A DNA stretch of 64,000 bases from Nitrosopumilus sp. (GCA_029862085.1 JAOTXZ010000005.1:3751-67750); one strand, 5' to 3'. Counted from the first letter of the stretch, positions 53,809-64,000 are shown. The notes: generated by a model from the sequence alone, not told the origin. Numbers and translations are program-made.

Positions 53809-54450
53809 TTGTCTTCTTTAGAGATTGTTTCAAAAGATGAGCGTAAAATGTCAATAAAGCTAAAAGGCATACCATTACAATATTCCAATGCCCTAAGACG
53901 ATTATGTCTAAATGGAGTTCCCATTTTTGCAATCGACACAGTTGACATTATAGAAAATACTTCAGTTTTACCAGATGAGGGTCTTGCACATAGATTAGGT
54001 CTTGTACCATTAAGGACCGATTTGACAAGATTTAATGAACCTTCTAAATGTGAATGCCAAAGCGAAGTTGGATGTTCAAATTGTAAGGTAATGCTTGTTT
54101 TAGATTCAGGAGACTCTGACGTATCCAAAACTGTCTTTACTGACGAGTTAACATCAGAAGATGATTCGGTTAAATCGATTTCTGACAAAATTCCTATTGT
54201 TCAACTTGCTCCAGGTCAAAAAGTAAAGGTTGAATGTTATGCTAGATTGGGACGTGGACGAGAACATGCAAAATGGAACTCTTCAAATATTGCAACCTTG
54301 GTAGAAACCGAAAAAGAAGATGAAAGAATTCTCACAGTAGAATCTACGGGCGCCTTAAATCCGGAGGAAATTATTCTCGCAGGAGTAGAAGAACTTGGAA
54401 TAAGATTAGGGGATTTCAAAAATATGATAGAACAACTAAAAGAAGAGTAA
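53809..54450 (+). CDS. rpoD: DNA-directed RNA polymerase subunit D (Rpo3)
   Basis: NALRRLCLNGVPIFAID, DEGLAHRLGLVPL, and a Cys cluster CECQSEVGCSNC. TTG start. Confidence 0.9.
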   Translation: MSSLEIVSKDERKMSIKLKGIPLQYSNALRRLCLNGVPIFAIDTVDIIENTSVLPDEGLAHRLGLVPLRTDLTRFNEPSKCECQSEVGCSNCKVMLVLDSGDSDVSKTVFTDELTSEDDSVKSISDKIPIVQLAPGQKVKVECYARLGRGREHAKWNSSNIATLVETEKEDERILTVESTGALNPEEIILAGVEELGIRLGDFKNMIEQLKEE

Positions 54451-54495
54451 TCCAAGCATACACATTATATTTGGGTTTTAAACCGCATTATTCAC

Positions 54496-54843
54496 ATGAC
54501 TAGTCAAGTAGTAATACAAATGGCAAAAGATCTAAAGAAGGCCTCAACAAAAAATAATGCGCCTATTTGGGCCAAATTGGCAGAATATGCCTTAAAGCCA
54601 TCAGTTGCCAGGAGAGATATCAACCTGTACAGGATTAGTCAACTTACAAAAGATAATGATACCATAGTTTTTCCAGGTAAAGTTCTGGGAACTGGAAGTG
54701 TATCCCACAAAATCACATTATGTTCATTTTCCATTTCAGAATCAGCTGCCAACAAAATTATTGAAAACGGTGGAAAATTAATCTCATTTTCAGAATTAAT
54801 AGAAAAAAACCCAACGGGGAAAGGAGTAGTTTTACTTGGCTAG
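54496..54843 (+). CDS. rpl18e: 50S ribosomal protein L18e
   Basis: NAPIWAKLAEYALKPSVARRDINLYRI pattern. Conserved rpoD-L18e-L13-S9 order. Confidence 0.88.
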   Translation: MTSQVVIQMAKDLKKASTKNNAPIWAKLAEYALKPSVARRDINLYRISQLTKDNDTIVFPGKVLGTGSVSHKITLCSFSISESAANKIIENGGKLISFSELIEKNPTGKGVVLLG

Positions 54844-55297
54844 TCAAGAGTCTGCAATTTCAATTAGCTCACCAATCGTAGTTGATGCCACAGATCACAT
54901 AGCGGGAAGATTATCCTCAAATGTTGCAAAATTACTTCTTAAGGGAAACAGAGTCTCTATTGTTAATTGTGATAAAATTATGATTAGTGGTACTAGGAGT
55001 AATATTATTAGTGAATATCAAGCATTTTTAGAAATTAACAGTATTAATCATTGGAAACATGGACCAAAACATCCAAGAAGACCAGATACCATCATGAAAA
55101 GAATGATCCGAGGAATGCTTCCAAGAGAAAAAACATCAGGAATAGAGGCTCATAAAAGACTTCGAACTTTTATTGGAAGTCCCAAGGAAGTAAAATCATT
55201 TAAAAAAATTAAATTTGAAAACGCAATGATCAAAAAAGAATCCTCAAACTATACCACCATGGCAGAACTTGGAAGAACAATAGGATGGACTGAATGA
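54836..55297 (+). CDS. rpl13: 50S ribosomal protein L13 (uL13)
   Basis: VVDATDHIAGRLSSNVAKLLLKG. Confidence 0.92.
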   Translation: MASQESAISISSPIVVDATDHIAGRLSSNVAKLLLKGNRVSIVNCDKIMISGTRSNIISEYQAFLEINSINHWKHGPKHPRRPDTIMKRMIRGMLPREKTSGIEAHKRLRTFIGSPKEVKSFKKIKFENAMIKKESSNYTTMAELGRTIGWTE

Positions 55298-55743
55298 CCG
55301 TACCCAAAACAGAAATATATTTTGCAACTAGAAAAACTGCAAGTGCTCATGTATACATTACCAAGGGTGTTGGTAAAGTGAAAATAAACAATGTTCCCGT
55401 TGAAATGATACCACAAGAAACAGCACGAGAAGTTATTCTTGCACCCCTTGAAATTAGTGGGGATTTAAGAGATAAAATAGATATTTCAATTAGAGTTAGA
55501 GGTGGAGGTGTAATGGGTCAGGCAAGTGCAATAGCAGTAGGAATTTCAAGAGCATTAACTGGTTGGACAAAATCCAAAAAAGAACCAAAAGATCATCCTT
55601 TACCTAAATCAACCAGAGAAGATCTTCGACAAAGAATTACAGATTTTGACAAATATTTGATTAGTGGAGATGCTAGAAGAAAGGAACCAAAGAAATTTGG
55701 AGGTCCTGGGGCTAGAAGAAGAAAGCAGAAATCATATCGTTAG
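55294..55743 (+). CDS. rps9: 30S ribosomal protein S9 (uS9)
   Basis: C-terminal DARRKEPKKFGGPGARRRKQKSYR. Confidence 0.93.
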   Translation: MTVPKTEIYFATRKTASAHVYITKGVGKVKINNVPVEMIPQETAREVILAPLEISGDLRDKIDISIRVRGGGVMGQASAIAVGISRALTGWTKSKKEPKDHPLPKSTREDLRQRITDFDKYLISGDARRKEPKKFGGPGARRRKQKSYR

Positions 55744-55746
55744 ACC

Positions 55747-56475
55747 GTGAAAGCAGTAATTTTAGCTGGTGGAAAAGGAACTAGAGGAAAACCATATTCT
55801 GAATATTTTCCAAAGGCTATGACTCCAATTAATGGGAAACCTTTGATTGATTACATCGTGAAATATCTAAACACTTTTGATTTTATTAAAGAAATAATCA
55901 TTGTTTCTGATTTTAGTAAATTGGGAGGACAGATAAAAAACTATTATCAAAATCCAAAATTTAATAAAAAAATCTCGTTTGTTCAAGATTCTCAAAGTGG
56001 AACTGCAGGAGATCTTTTGCATATGGGGGGGAAATTAGACGGTGATCCAGGATTTATCTTATGGTTTGTAGATAATTTATGTGCAATAGATCTCAAGGAA
56101 ATGTACAAGTTTTTCCTAGAAAAGAAAAGTACAGCGTGTATTGCCACTAGAACAAAAAGGAAAGAAGAAACAGGATTTGCAATTGTAAAAGAGGGAATCG
56201 TACACCAATTCAAAGAAAAACCCATCATGAATTTGCCAATGTCGGAGTGTCTTGGAATTTACATTTTAGGAAAAGGCATAATTAAAAACATAAAGGCAAA
56301 ATCAAAACAAAAAGAAATCAATTTGTCATTTGATATTCTTCAAGAGTTATCAAAAAACGGTAAAGTTAGTTCCTATGATATTGGGAATAACCAATGGATA
56401 GATGCAGATTCCCCGATGAAATTAGATAGGAATCAAAAGGAAGTAAAAAAAATTATAAAACAGATGGGATTATAG
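55747..56475 (+). CDS. sugar-phosphate nucleotidyltransferase
   Basis: GTG start. KAVILAGGKGTRGKP...PKAMTPINGKPLIDY signature. Confidence 0.85.
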   Translation: MKAVILAGGKGTRGKPYSEYFPKAMTPINGKPLIDYIVKYLNTFDFIKEIIIVSDFSKLGGQIKNYYQNPKFNKKISFVQDSQSGTAGDLLHMGGKLDGDPGFILWFVDNLCAIDLKEMYKFFLEKKSTACIATRTKRKEETGFAIVKEGIVHQFKEKPIMNLPMSECLGIYILGKGIIKNIKAKSKQKEINLSFDILQELSKNGKVSSYDIGNNQWIDADSPMKLDRNQKEVKKIIKQMGL

Positions 56476-57037
56476 ACTGTTTTTCAAATTGAGAGATTTT
56501 TTCTTCAAATTTCAAAGTTTGTGAAATATCATCTAGTCCTTCTAAAAGAATTTTTTTTTTGTAAGAATCAATATTGAAGGAAATTTTTTCGTTGTGGGTT
56601 TTTAAAATCTGATTTTCAAGGTCTACTTCTAATTCTCCTGATTCTTGTTTTAATTTTTCAACAATTTTTTGTTCTAATTTTATCGGTAGAATTCCATTTT
56701 TGAAACAATTACTATAAAAAATATCTGCAAAAGAAGGAGCAATTATTACCAAAAACCCATAATCCTTCAATGCCCATACTGCATGCTCCCTACTAGAGCC
56801 ACATCCAAAATTCTCTCCTGTTACAAGAATCTGTGAATTTTGATATTTTTTATCATTTAAAACAAAATCTTGTTTTTGTTTTTCATGTTCATCATATCTC
56901 CAATTGAAAAACAAATATTTCCCAAATCCAGATTTTTGAACTAATTTTAAAAATTGTTTTGGAACAATTTGATCAGTATCTACATTTACCTGATCTAGTG
57001 GTGTGATAATTGTTTTTAGTTTTTTAAATGAATCCAA
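56453..57037 (-). CDS. leuD: 3-isopropylmalate dehydratase small subunit, bacterial type
   Basis: 194 aa. VDTDQIVPKQFLK and [13 protein letters not shown]. Confidence 0.88.
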   Translation of the reverse strand: MDSFKKLKTIITPLDQVNVDTDQIVPKQFLKLVQKSGFGKYLFFNWRYDEHEKQKQDFVLNDKKYQNSQILVTGENFGCGSSREHAVWALKDYGFLVIIAPSFADIFYSNCFKNGILPIKLEQKIVEKLKQESGELEVDLENQILKTHNEKISFNIDSYKKKILLEGLDDISQTLKFEEKISQFEKQSIIPSVL

Positions 57038-57038
57038 T

Positions 57039-58454
57039 TTAATTCAAATCCAGATTTCTAACATCCACAAAATGTCCTTCTAGTGCTGCCGCTGCTGCCA
57101 TTACTGGACTAACCAAATGAGTGAGACCACCTGTGCCTTGCCTTCCTTCAAAATTCCGATTTGAAGTACTTGCACACCTTTCCCCTGGCGATAAAATATC
57201 GGGATTCATTCCCAAACACATACTACATCCTGCTTCTCTCCATTCAAAATTAGCTTTGGTAAATATTTTATCGATTCCCATTTCTTCTGCCTGTTTTTTT
57301 ACCATTTGGGATCCTGGTACTACCATTGCTCTAACATTTTCTGATACCTTTTGCCCTTTGATAACCCTGGAAGCTTCGATTAAATCCTCCAGTCTAGCAT
57401 TAGTACATGATCCAATAAACACCCTATCGATTTTAATTTCGGTAATAGGAGTACCGGATTTTAAATTCATATACTCTAGAGCTTTGTCGGCTGCCTTTTT
57501 TTGATTTTCATCCCCGTTTGAATAATCTTCAGAAGAAGGAACAGAGTCTGTAACATCACAGGTCATGCCGGGATTAGTACCCCAACTTACCTGAGGAGAA
57601 ATATTATCAATATGAAGAGTGAAGGTTTTTCTAAATTTTGCGTCTTTGTCTGTTGTAAGATGTTCTCTCCAATATTCTACTAGAGATTCGTAATTTTTTG
57701 GAGTATATTGTCTATTTCTGAGGTAATCAAATGTTTTCTCATCTGGTGCAACAAGTCCTGCCCTTGCACCCCCTTCAATTGACATATTACATATTGTCAT
57801 TCTTTGCTCCATTGAAAGGTCCGCTATTCCCTCACCAGAATATTCAATAACCGTGCCCGTTCCTCCTGCAGTTCCAATATTTTTGATAATTGACAAGATA
57901 ATATCCTTGGCAGTTACGGCGTGTGGTTTTTTTCTTTTTCCTTCAACTCTAATTTCAAAAGGTTCAGGTTTTTCTAACCAAATGGTTTGAGATGCTAAAA
58001 CATGTTCAACATCACTAGTACCAATTCCAAAGGCTAAAGCCCCAAATGCCCCATGAGTTGATGTATGGCTATCACCACATACAATAGTAGAACCCGGCAA
58101 GGTGATTCCTAACTGGGGTCCAATAACATGTACAATCCCTTGATTGGGACTATTAATGTCAAATAATTTAATTCCAAAATCCTTACAATTTTTTTCCAAC
58201 GTTTTAATTTGTATTGCTGATGTTTGATCCAAGATTGGTAAACTTCGATCATTTGTGGGTACGTTATGATCCATTGTAGCGATAGTCAGGTCTGGCCTTC
58301 TAACAATTCTGTTATTCATTCGCAATCCATCAAAAGCCTGAGGAGAAGTTACTTCATGAACAAGGTGTCTATCCACATATATCAAAGAAGGGCTGCTTTC
58401 TTTTTCAACAACGACATGCGCATCCCAAATTTTTTCAAAAAGTGTTTTTCCCAT
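57039..58454 (-). CDS. leuC: 3-isopropylmalate dehydratase large subunit, bacterial type
   Basis: [15 protein letters not shown] start at 58454 (the tracked ORF extends to 58511 and would overlap the upstream gene). Aconitase Cys ligands GSCTNAR and CSMCLGMN. Confidence 0.92.
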   Translation of the reverse strand: MGKTLFEKIWDAHVVVEKESSPSLIYVDRHLVHEVTSPQAFDGLRMNNRIVRRPDLTIATMDHNVPTNDRSLPILDQTSAIQIKTLEKNCKDFGIKLFDINSPNQGIVHVIGPQLGITLPGSTIVCGDSHTSTHGAFGALAFGIGTSDVEHVLASQTIWLEKPEPFEIRVEGKRKKPHAVTAKDIILSIIKNIGTAGGTGTVIEYSGEGIADLSMEQRMTICNMSIEGGARAGLVAPDEKTFDYLRNRQYTPKNYESLVEYWREHLTTDKDAKFRKTFTLHIDNISPQVSWGTNPGMTCDVTDSVPSSEDYSNGDENQKKAADKALEYMNLKSGTPITEIKIDRVFIGSCTNARLEDLIEASRVIKGQKVSENVRAMVVPGSQMVKKQAEEMGIDKIFTKANFEWREAGCSMCLGMNPDILSPGERCASTSNRNFEGRQGTGGLTHLVSPVMAAAAALEGHFVDVRNLDLN

Positions 58455-58461
58455 TTTGATC

Positions 58462-58947
58462 CTAATCTGGTTTGTATTTGAAGAGACCGCCTGCTTCGAT
58501 AATTTTTCCAATGATTTCTGAAAATGGTTTCATTGGGTATGTTTGGTTTTTTGTAATATTTTTTATTTCGTTTGAGCTGATATCGATATTAATTTCATCC
58601 CCTTCAGAAATACGTTGATATGTATTTTCATCAATTTCTATAGGTAGCAAAAATGCACCATCTACTGCATTTCGATAAAAAATCCTTGCAAAAGAAAGAG
58701 CAAGAACTGCTTTTATCCCTGAATGAGAAAGGGCAATTGGGGCATGTTCTCTGGATGAACCACATCCAAAATTTTTGCCAGATAAGATAAAATCACCTTC
58801 TTTTACTTTTGTATGAAAATTAGGATCTAAACCCTCCATAGCATGAGAGGCCAATTCGTTATAATCATGGATTTTGAGGTATTGTCCAGGTATTATTACA
58901 TCAGTATCGATGTTGTCTCTTTCATATTTAATCACATTTCCTTTCAA
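58462..58947 (-). CDS. aconitase-family dehydratase small subunit, archaeal short type (LeuD/HacB-like)
   Basis: 161 aa. [12 protein letters not shown] and [13 protein letters not shown]. Confidence 0.85.
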   Translation of the reverse strand: MKGNVIKYERDNIDTDVIIPGQYLKIHDYNELASHAMEGLDPNFHTKVKEGDFILSGKNFGCGSSREHAPIALSHSGIKAVLALSFARIFYRNAVDGAFLLPIEIDENTYQRISEGDEINIDISSNEIKNITKNQTYPMKPFSEIIGKIIEAGGLFKYKPD

Positions 58948-60215
58948 TTCAAATCCCTCGGATCAGTAATTTTACCAGTAACAGCAGATGCAGCTGCCAC
59001 AAGTGGGGATGAAAGATAGGTCTGAGAGTCTACATGACCCATTCTCCCAGGGAAATTTCTATTGGTAGTACTTATACAAATCTCATCTTTTGCTAATACT
59101 CCCATATGAGCTCCACAACATGCTCCACAAGTTGGAGGGCCAACGGTTACCCCAGCATCTAAAAATATTTTCAACAAGCCATTTTCCATAGCTCTTTTGT
59201 AAATAGAGATAGCAGCAGGTAAAACTTCAGTTCTGATTTTTACTTTTCTTCCCTTGAGTATTTTTGCAGCGGCTTCCAGATCTTCGTATTTTGCTCCAGT
59301 ACAAGAACCAATGTATGATTTATCCAGATCAACATTGGGAGCTTCTCTTACAACAATAGTATTTTCTGGAGAGAATGGTTTTGCAACTGTTGGTTCCATC
59401 TCCGAGCTTTCGTATTCGTATACTTTTGCATATTCTGCATCAGAGTCTCCTTTAACCAAGGTGATATTGTTAGCACCTCTTGCAGTAAGATAATCTGTAA
59501 CTTTTTGATCTGGTTCCACAATACCATTTTTTGCTCCAGCTTCTGTTGTCATATTACAAAGGGTAAGTCTACTTTCTACTGACATCTCATCTATACCGCT
59601 TCCTCCAAATTGCATTGTTCTATATGCCCCTCCATCAGTTCCAATATCTCCAATTATTTTTAAGATCAAGTCTTTTGCCATCACATGATCTGGGAGTTTA
59701 CCATTAAGCTTAAAGTACAAGGTTTCAGGAACTTTGAACCAAATTTTCCCATTCAATAAAACATACGCGATATCAGTATGACCTAGACCACATGCAAATG
59801 CCCCTAGAGCACCTGTTGTGTTTGTATGAGAATCACCTCCAACATACACCTCTCCCGGTAAAACCAAGGCCTCCTCATGGGATAGAGTATGGCAAATACC
59901 GTATTGTCCCATTCCATATTTGAAATGTTTTTCTATTCCATAGTTTTTTGTAAAATTTTGTAATTTTACAATATTCTCTGCAGAAATTTTTTCAGCGGAA
60001 GGTACAAAATGATCTTCGGCTACCCATACCTTTGAAGGATCCCATAATTTGTCTACGTTAATTCCCTGTTTTTTTAGTTTGTCAAATACCTTAATCACGC
60101 CGGGGCCAGAAACATCATGAACCATTACCTTATCGATGTCTGCAAATATTACATCATCAGGTGAAACTTTATCTCTATATGACGCCCGGGCAAGGATTTT
60201 TTCCACTATATTCAT
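58944..60215 (-). CDS. aconitase-family dehydratase large subunit, archaeal type (LeuC/HacA-like)
   Basis: 423 aa. NIVEKILARA start, GDSHTNTTGALGAFA, GSCTGAK, CGACCGAHMG. Confidence 0.9.
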   Translation of the reverse strand: MNIVEKILARASYRDKVSPDDVIFADIDKVMVHDVSGPGVIKVFDKLKKQGINVDKLWDPSKVWVAEDHFVPSAEKISAENIVKLQNFTKNYGIEKHFKYGMGQYGICHTLSHEEALVLPGEVYVGGDSHTNTTGALGAFACGLGHTDIAYVLLNGKIWFKVPETLYFKLNGKLPDHVMAKDLILKIIGDIGTDGGAYRTMQFGGSGIDEMSVESRLTLCNMTTEAGAKNGIVEPDQKVTDYLTARGANNITLVKGDSDAEYAKVYEYESSEMEPTVAKPFSPENTIVVREAPNVDLDKSYIGSCTGAKYEDLEAAAKILKGRKVKIRTEVLPAAISIYKRAMENGLLKIFLDAGVTVGPPTCGACCGAHMGVLAKDEICISTTNRNFPGRMGHVDSQTYLSSPLVAAASAVTGKITDPRDLN

Positions 60216-60288
60216 AATCGAAAAAGCCCGTTCTATAGATTAAAAGCTTTTCAGAAGAATAAAAAAGAAAAGGAGTCCATAACAAATT

Positions 60289-61056
60289 ATGTCTCTTTCT
60301 GTCTCAGCCCTACTTTCGGAAAGAAAAAATGGTGAGTTTGATGTTTTTGAGGCGTTGTTAGAAACATTAGCAAAAAACAAGACGAAATTACAAGAAAATG
60401 ATGTATTAGTCATTTCAACAAAATATATCTCAAATTCACAGGGAAGAATTGTAAGCACCAAAAAAATCAAAGTTTCAAAAAAGGGGTTAGATACTGCAAA
60501 AAAATTTCAAATGAAACCAGAAATAGCAGAAATCATTGTCAGAGAGACCGATAAGATTTTTGGAGGTATTTCGGGTTTTGTAATTACCTCATCTGAAAAT
60601 ATTATGGCACCAAATGGAGGAATTGACAAATCAAATGTAAAAAAAGATCAGGTTATTCTATATCCAAAAAATCCATTTTTGATGGCAGAACAAATAAGAA
60701 GAAAAATATTTTTGAAATTCTTAATCCATGTGGGAGTTATTCTTGTGGATAGTCGTTTGATGCCTGCTCGAGTTGGTACATCTGGTGTTGCCATTTCTTG
60801 CGCCGGAATTGAACCAGTTTTAGATTTAAGATCAAAAAAAGATCTAGATGGAAATCCCCTAAAGGTTACCTTCCAAGCTGTAATCGATAATATTGCAACC
60901 ATAGCAAATCACAAAATGGGCGAAGGGGCAGAATCAAAACCTTTTGCTATTGTAAGGGATTCTGGGGCCCAATTAACAGATAGGAAGATAAGTCCTTCTG
61001 AAATGGCAGTATCTCCAGATCAATGTGTCTATGTTAGAGGTTTGACAAATGTGTAA
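60289..61056 (+). CDS. cofE: coenzyme F420:L-glutamate ligase
   Basis: About 255 aa. VLVISTKYISNSQGR and NGGIDKSNV motifs typical of CofE. Confidence 0.78.
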   Translation: MSLSVSALLSERKNGEFDVFEALLETLAKNKTKLQENDVLVISTKYISNSQGRIVSTKKIKVSKKGLDTAKKFQMKPEIAEIIVRETDKIFGGISGFVITSSENIMAPNGGIDKSNVKKDQVILYPKNPFLMAEQIRRKIFLKFLIHVGVILVDSRLMPARVGTSGVAISCAGIEPVLDLRSKKDLDGNPLKVTFQAVIDNIATIANHKMGEGAESKPFAIVRDSGAQLTDRKISPSEMAVSPDQCVYVRGLTNV

Positions 61057-61097
61057 TATGGAAAAATTTCCCCTTGTGCTTTAAATAGAAGTTTTCT

Positions 61098-61661
61098 TTG
61101 GGTCATTTAATGGAGTACCTGACGAGCTATCCAAAAACAGTTTCATTTCTAGATGGATTAAAACATAAAATTAATGTAGATAGCAAAGAAGGACTAGAAC
61201 AACTTCATATTGTTGTTAAGAAAAATTTTGAGGAATTATTACAAATTTTTACCTCTGAGGGATTCACCAAGGTAAAATTTGAACACAAACAGCCTGATCA
61301 AATTGGAAATGGTCTTAATCTTAAATTAAAAAAACCTTGGGAGATGCATGTAAGAATGGTGGATTTGAAAAAGGGACTTATAGGAATTCATGCAGAAGTA
61401 GAAGTGTCTAGAGATTATCTTCAACATCTATTTTCACAGAGAACCCCTGTAGTTTACGAAATAGAAGAAATCTTGAAAAAGTATCAAATAGAATATGATT
61501 TTTGGCATGACAAGGTCAAAAAAAACGTCCAATTGATTATTGATAATTACAAGGTAAAACTTTCAAACCCTAGCCTTCCAGTTTTTGCTTGGAAACCAAT
61601 GTTGTTTGTAATTGGAACAATAAGCATGCTCTATTTATGGAAATATATCAATACAATCTAG
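61098..61661 (+). CDS. hypothetical protein with C-terminal TM helix
   Basis: 187 aa. Hydrophobic tail MLFVIGTISMLYLW. Confidence 0.5.
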   Translation: MGHLMEYLTSYPKTVSFLDGLKHKINVDSKEGLEQLHIVVKKNFEELLQIFTSEGFTKVKFEHKQPDQIGNGLNLKLKKPWEMHVRMVDLKKGLIGIHAEVEVSRDYLQHLFSQRTPVVYEIEEILKKYQIEYDFWHDKVKKNVQLIIDNYKVKLSNPSLPVFAWKPMLFVIGTISMLYLWKYINTI

Positions 61662-61682
61662 AACAACAAAGATAGAAAGATT

Positions 61683-62012
61683 CTAGATGCCCAAAGTTTC
61701 TTCTTTTGTCATTTCAAGAAAGACCTTGTCACCAACTGCCAAACCCATTTCTTTGTATTCATGCATTTCTAATTTTAATTGGGTAGTTCCTCCTTGCATA
61801 CCAAATCCACCACCTCCACCAGCTAACATTTTGTTCAAATCTTTCATCATATCGTTCATGTTAGTAAATCCCATTACTTTGGATCCCCCAAATTGACCTG
61901 GAGGAGATGTATTTCCTTCCTTAAAATCTTTAATTGAGGATAGAGAAATTACTACATATGGGGCCCCATCAGGAGCAGAATCAATACTTTTTACTACATA
62001 TTCTTTTTTCAT
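61683..62012 (-). CDS. hypothetical protein with Gly-rich loop
   Basis: 109 aa. Contains a GGGGGFGMQGG stretch. Confidence 0.5.
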   Translation of the reverse strand: MKKEYVVKSIDSAPDGAPYVVISLSSIKDFKEGNTSPPGQFGGSKVMGFTNMNDMMKDLNKMLAGGGGGFGMQGGTTQLKLEMHEYKEMGLAVGDKVFLEMTKEETLGI

Positions 62013-62118
62013 ATATTAGATAAAAAAATCCTGCCTTATAATTTTAGTTTTTACCAAGATCTTTTATAATTTAAAAGAATTTAGAAGCTTTAATTACAAA
62101 TTTCATGATTTTCATGTA

Positions 62119-62655
62119 GTGTCACAAACTAGATTGAAAACCAACCTCAGATATTATGGAATCTCGCCATGGGAAATTGAAGTATTGTATAGTTATCTTA
62201 ATGCGAGATTTGCGGTTTCTCAAGAGGAGATTGAAGCAGAAGATGAAGATTTTGTAAGTTTTCTTGATTGGGAAATTCCTATTGCTTTTAATGAGGAATT
62301 TTTCAAATGGTTTGAATTTAAAAGATGGGAACAAGTAAAAGCTGTTTTTAAGGAAATGAAGAGGCGAAGAGGCTCTGGAAATGCCATAAAAATTGAAATC
62401 AATTTTTTAGGTACTCCAAAAATTTCATTTATTTTAGATACTGAAGACAAGCAATGGTATGATAATGCAATTGAAAAAATTGATTTTGTTTTAGAGTTAC
62501 TTCCATATCACATGGATCCTGAAAAACTTCCTGCTAACATATCGGGATTGATTTACAAATTTGATCCAAAATCAATAAGATGGCGTTTGAATTTTGCAAT
62601 GTCAAAAGATAAAAAATATGTCTTTAGAGGAGATATCTGGACTCCAATTAGTTAA
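62119..62655 (+). CDS. hypothetical protein
   Basis: 178-aa ORF. No motif recognised. Confidence 0.5.
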   Translation: MSQTRLKTNLRYYGISPWEIEVLYSYLNARFAVSQEEIEAEDEDFVSFLDWEIPIAFNEEFFKWFEFKRWEQVKAVFKEMKRRRGSGNAIKIEINFLGTPKISFILDTEDKQWYDNAIEKIDFVLELLPYHMDPEKLPANISGLIYKFDPKSIRWRLNFAMSKDKKYVFRGDIWTPIS

Positions 62656-63097
62656 GATCATGTAATGGTTCTAGAAGATCATGAAGTTCTTTGTATTTTG
62701 ACTCTAAAAATTCCAGGGCATCAGTAAGTTTTTTTGATTTCCCATATTTGTAACGAATAAGTTCACGATGGTGCCAATAGGTCTTTTTATTTTCTACTGA
62801 AATTGTCGTAAAAAAATCCGCCCCCTTTAAATTGTCAGGAAGTTTTACATCATGAGGAAAAAGAAATTCTACAATAAACCATTCATCACCATCAGGATAG
62901 TCCGAACCTGTCTCAATATCGAAAAAAACATGCAATAAATCTGATTGCATCATCCCATCGTCATTAATTGAGGGGTGTTTTATTCCTGATTTTTTAAAAT
63001 CAAGAGTTACTAATTGAGGTTCAAAGAATCCTTTGATAATGGCCCTGCGAAAAATTTTATTTGCTTCGTTTATGTTCAAATGCAAAATAATATACAC
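62648..63097 (-). CDS. hypothetical protein
   Basis: 149-aa ORF. No motif recognised. Confidence 0.5.
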   Translation of the reverse strand: MYIILHLNINEANKIFRRAIIKGFFEPQLVTLDFKKSGIKHPSINDDGMMQSDLLHVFFDIETGSDYPDGDEWFIVEFLFPHDVKLPDNLKGADFFTTISVENKKTYWHHRELIRYKYGKSKKLTDALEFLESKYKELHDLLEPLHDLN

Positions 63098-63129
63098 ATA
63101 AACTAGACTATAACTTCTTAGGTTTTTTC

Positions 63130-64000
63130 CTAAACTTTAAGAGAATCCAATATTTTTGAAACATCCGTTATAGGGATACCATCTTTGGAAATATTTTGCT
63201 TTGAAGGAGGATTTTCTAGATAATTTGGGATTTTATCTTTTAACCTTGTAGCAAACGGAGAAATAAGTTCATTTTTGTAAAATATTCCAGTTGGAATCTT
63301 GTTCCCCCACTCTAACGATTTAATCAATGCTTGAGCTAATTTTTCATCTAATTCTTTTTCATCGGCATAATGCACTACCGGATCAAAGTGAGTATCCTCT
63401 AATTTGTAAATTCTTGAATGTCGTTCTGCAGCCTCTTTAGCAAGGTCTTCTCCAGCGTACCAATCGCGGGTATTGATGTCATTGTAAGTAGGACATGGCT
63501 GTAAAACATCTAGAAATGAAAGACCCTTATGCTGAACAGCCTTTACAATCAAATCTTTGAGATGTCGTACATCATAAGAATAAGCACGAGCAACAAATGT
63601 AAATCCGCTAGCTACCGCCAATCCAATTGGATTTACATTATAATTGGTGTTTGGGGAAGGGAGAGATTTTGTCTTCTCTCCTAATTTCAAGGTAGGAGAA
63701 GCTTGACCTTTAGTCAACCCATAAACGCCATTATCAAATATGATGTAAGTCATGTCAATATTTCTCCGCCCTGCTGCAACAAAGTGGCCTGCTCCAATTC
63801 CTAATCCATCACCATCTCCACCTACTGCAACTACAGTCATCTCTGGATTTGCAAGTTTACCACCTTGGGCAAATGTCAAGACTCTTCCATGAAGCGTGTG
63901 AATTCCATATGTGTTGATAAAATGAGAAGTTTTTCCAGAGCATCCAATTCCTGAAAATATGGTTGCTTTATCACGCTCTATTCCCATTTCAGCTAATGCC
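63130..64000 (-). CDS. korB: 2-oxoacid:ferredoxin oxidoreductase beta subunit (TPP-binding), N-terminus outside window
   Basis: GIGCSGK, GGDGDGLGIGAGHF and NGVYGLTKGQASPT. The frame is open to the window end. Confidence 0.88.
   Translation of the reverse strand, partial: ALAEMGIERDKATIFSGIGCSGKTSHFINTYGIHTLHGRVLTFAQGGKLANPEMTVVAVGGDGDGLGIGAGHFVAAGRRNIDMTYIIFDNGVYGLTKGQASPTLKLGEKTKSLPSPNTNYNVNPIGLAVASGFTFVARAYSYDVRHLKDLIVKAVQHKGLSFLDVLQPCPTYNDINTRDWYAGEDLAKEAAERHSRIYKLEDTHFDPVVHYADEKELDEKLAQALIKSLEWGNKIPTGIFYKNELISPFATRLKDKIPNYLENPPSKQNISKDGIPITDVSKILDSLKV

Noticed and set aside
53802-54188. 128-aa ORF antisense to rpoD
   Set aside because: It lies entirely within, and opposite to, a confidently identified RpoD gene. 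This is a typical shadow ORF.
55747-56475. Expected rpoN/rpoK genes after rps9 in the rpoD-L18e-L13-S9 cluster
   Set aside because: A sugar nucleotidyltransferase follows S9 instead. I found no small CxxC RpoN-like ORF nearby. Absence from this locus is probably normal lineage-specific gene order, not an anomaly I can support.
58455-58511. 19-codon N-terminal extension of leuC in the tracked ORF
   Set aside because: The extension would overlap the upstream small-subunit gene by 50 nt. The canonical LeuC N-terminus [15 protein letters not shown] begins at the internal ATG (58454).

Overview
AT-rich archaeal chromosomal segment. Gene content points to an ammonia-oxidising thaumarchaeon (Nitrosopumilus-like), an assignment made from gene content only. 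Supporting genes: the SBDS-Rrp4-Rrp41-Rrp42-L37ae-Pcc1-prefoldin exosome superoperon, archaeal r-proteins L10e/L18e/L13/S9 with RpoD, tRNA-splicing endonuclease, short XPF, Nob1, a membrane-anchored cupredoxin with a PEFG-type C-terminal signal, an SbtA/SbtB-like bicarbonate transporter, and F420 CofE. Housekeeping blocks: pgk; a sufB-sufD-Rieske-sufS-sufU operon; hemL-hemC-cobA-hemD; PiT plus PhoU-like; an ABC-2 exporter; two CPA2 antiporters; NAD kinase; two rhodanese genes; two tandem aconitase-family dehydratase pairs; the 3' part of a 2-oxoacid:ferredoxin oxidoreductase beta subunit. Two tRNAs are present, Glu-CUC and Gly-GCC. I saw no rRNA, CRISPR array, transposase or integrase. The less ordinary part is roughly 20-36 kb. 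It holds a secreted GH18 chitinase-like protein with cadherin-like repeats, several ORFans, a secreted protein with a near-perfect tandem C-terminal module, and an untracked 47-codon cysteine-rich (CxC) ORF. It also holds a dispersed intergenic repeat family (copies at ~0.7, 30.0 and 32.1-32.4 kb), an orphan PIN-like gene, a decayed cupin gene, and a stand-alone degenerate PLD-like protein. Other items: an arsR/arsC/aquaporin module, a candidate C/D-box sRNA next to a 25-bp perfect palindrome, and a rhodanese-ferredoxin operon. I found no clearly novel multi-gene system; the candidates are listed with modest scores. All functional calls rest on motif and family recognition by eye. No searches were run.
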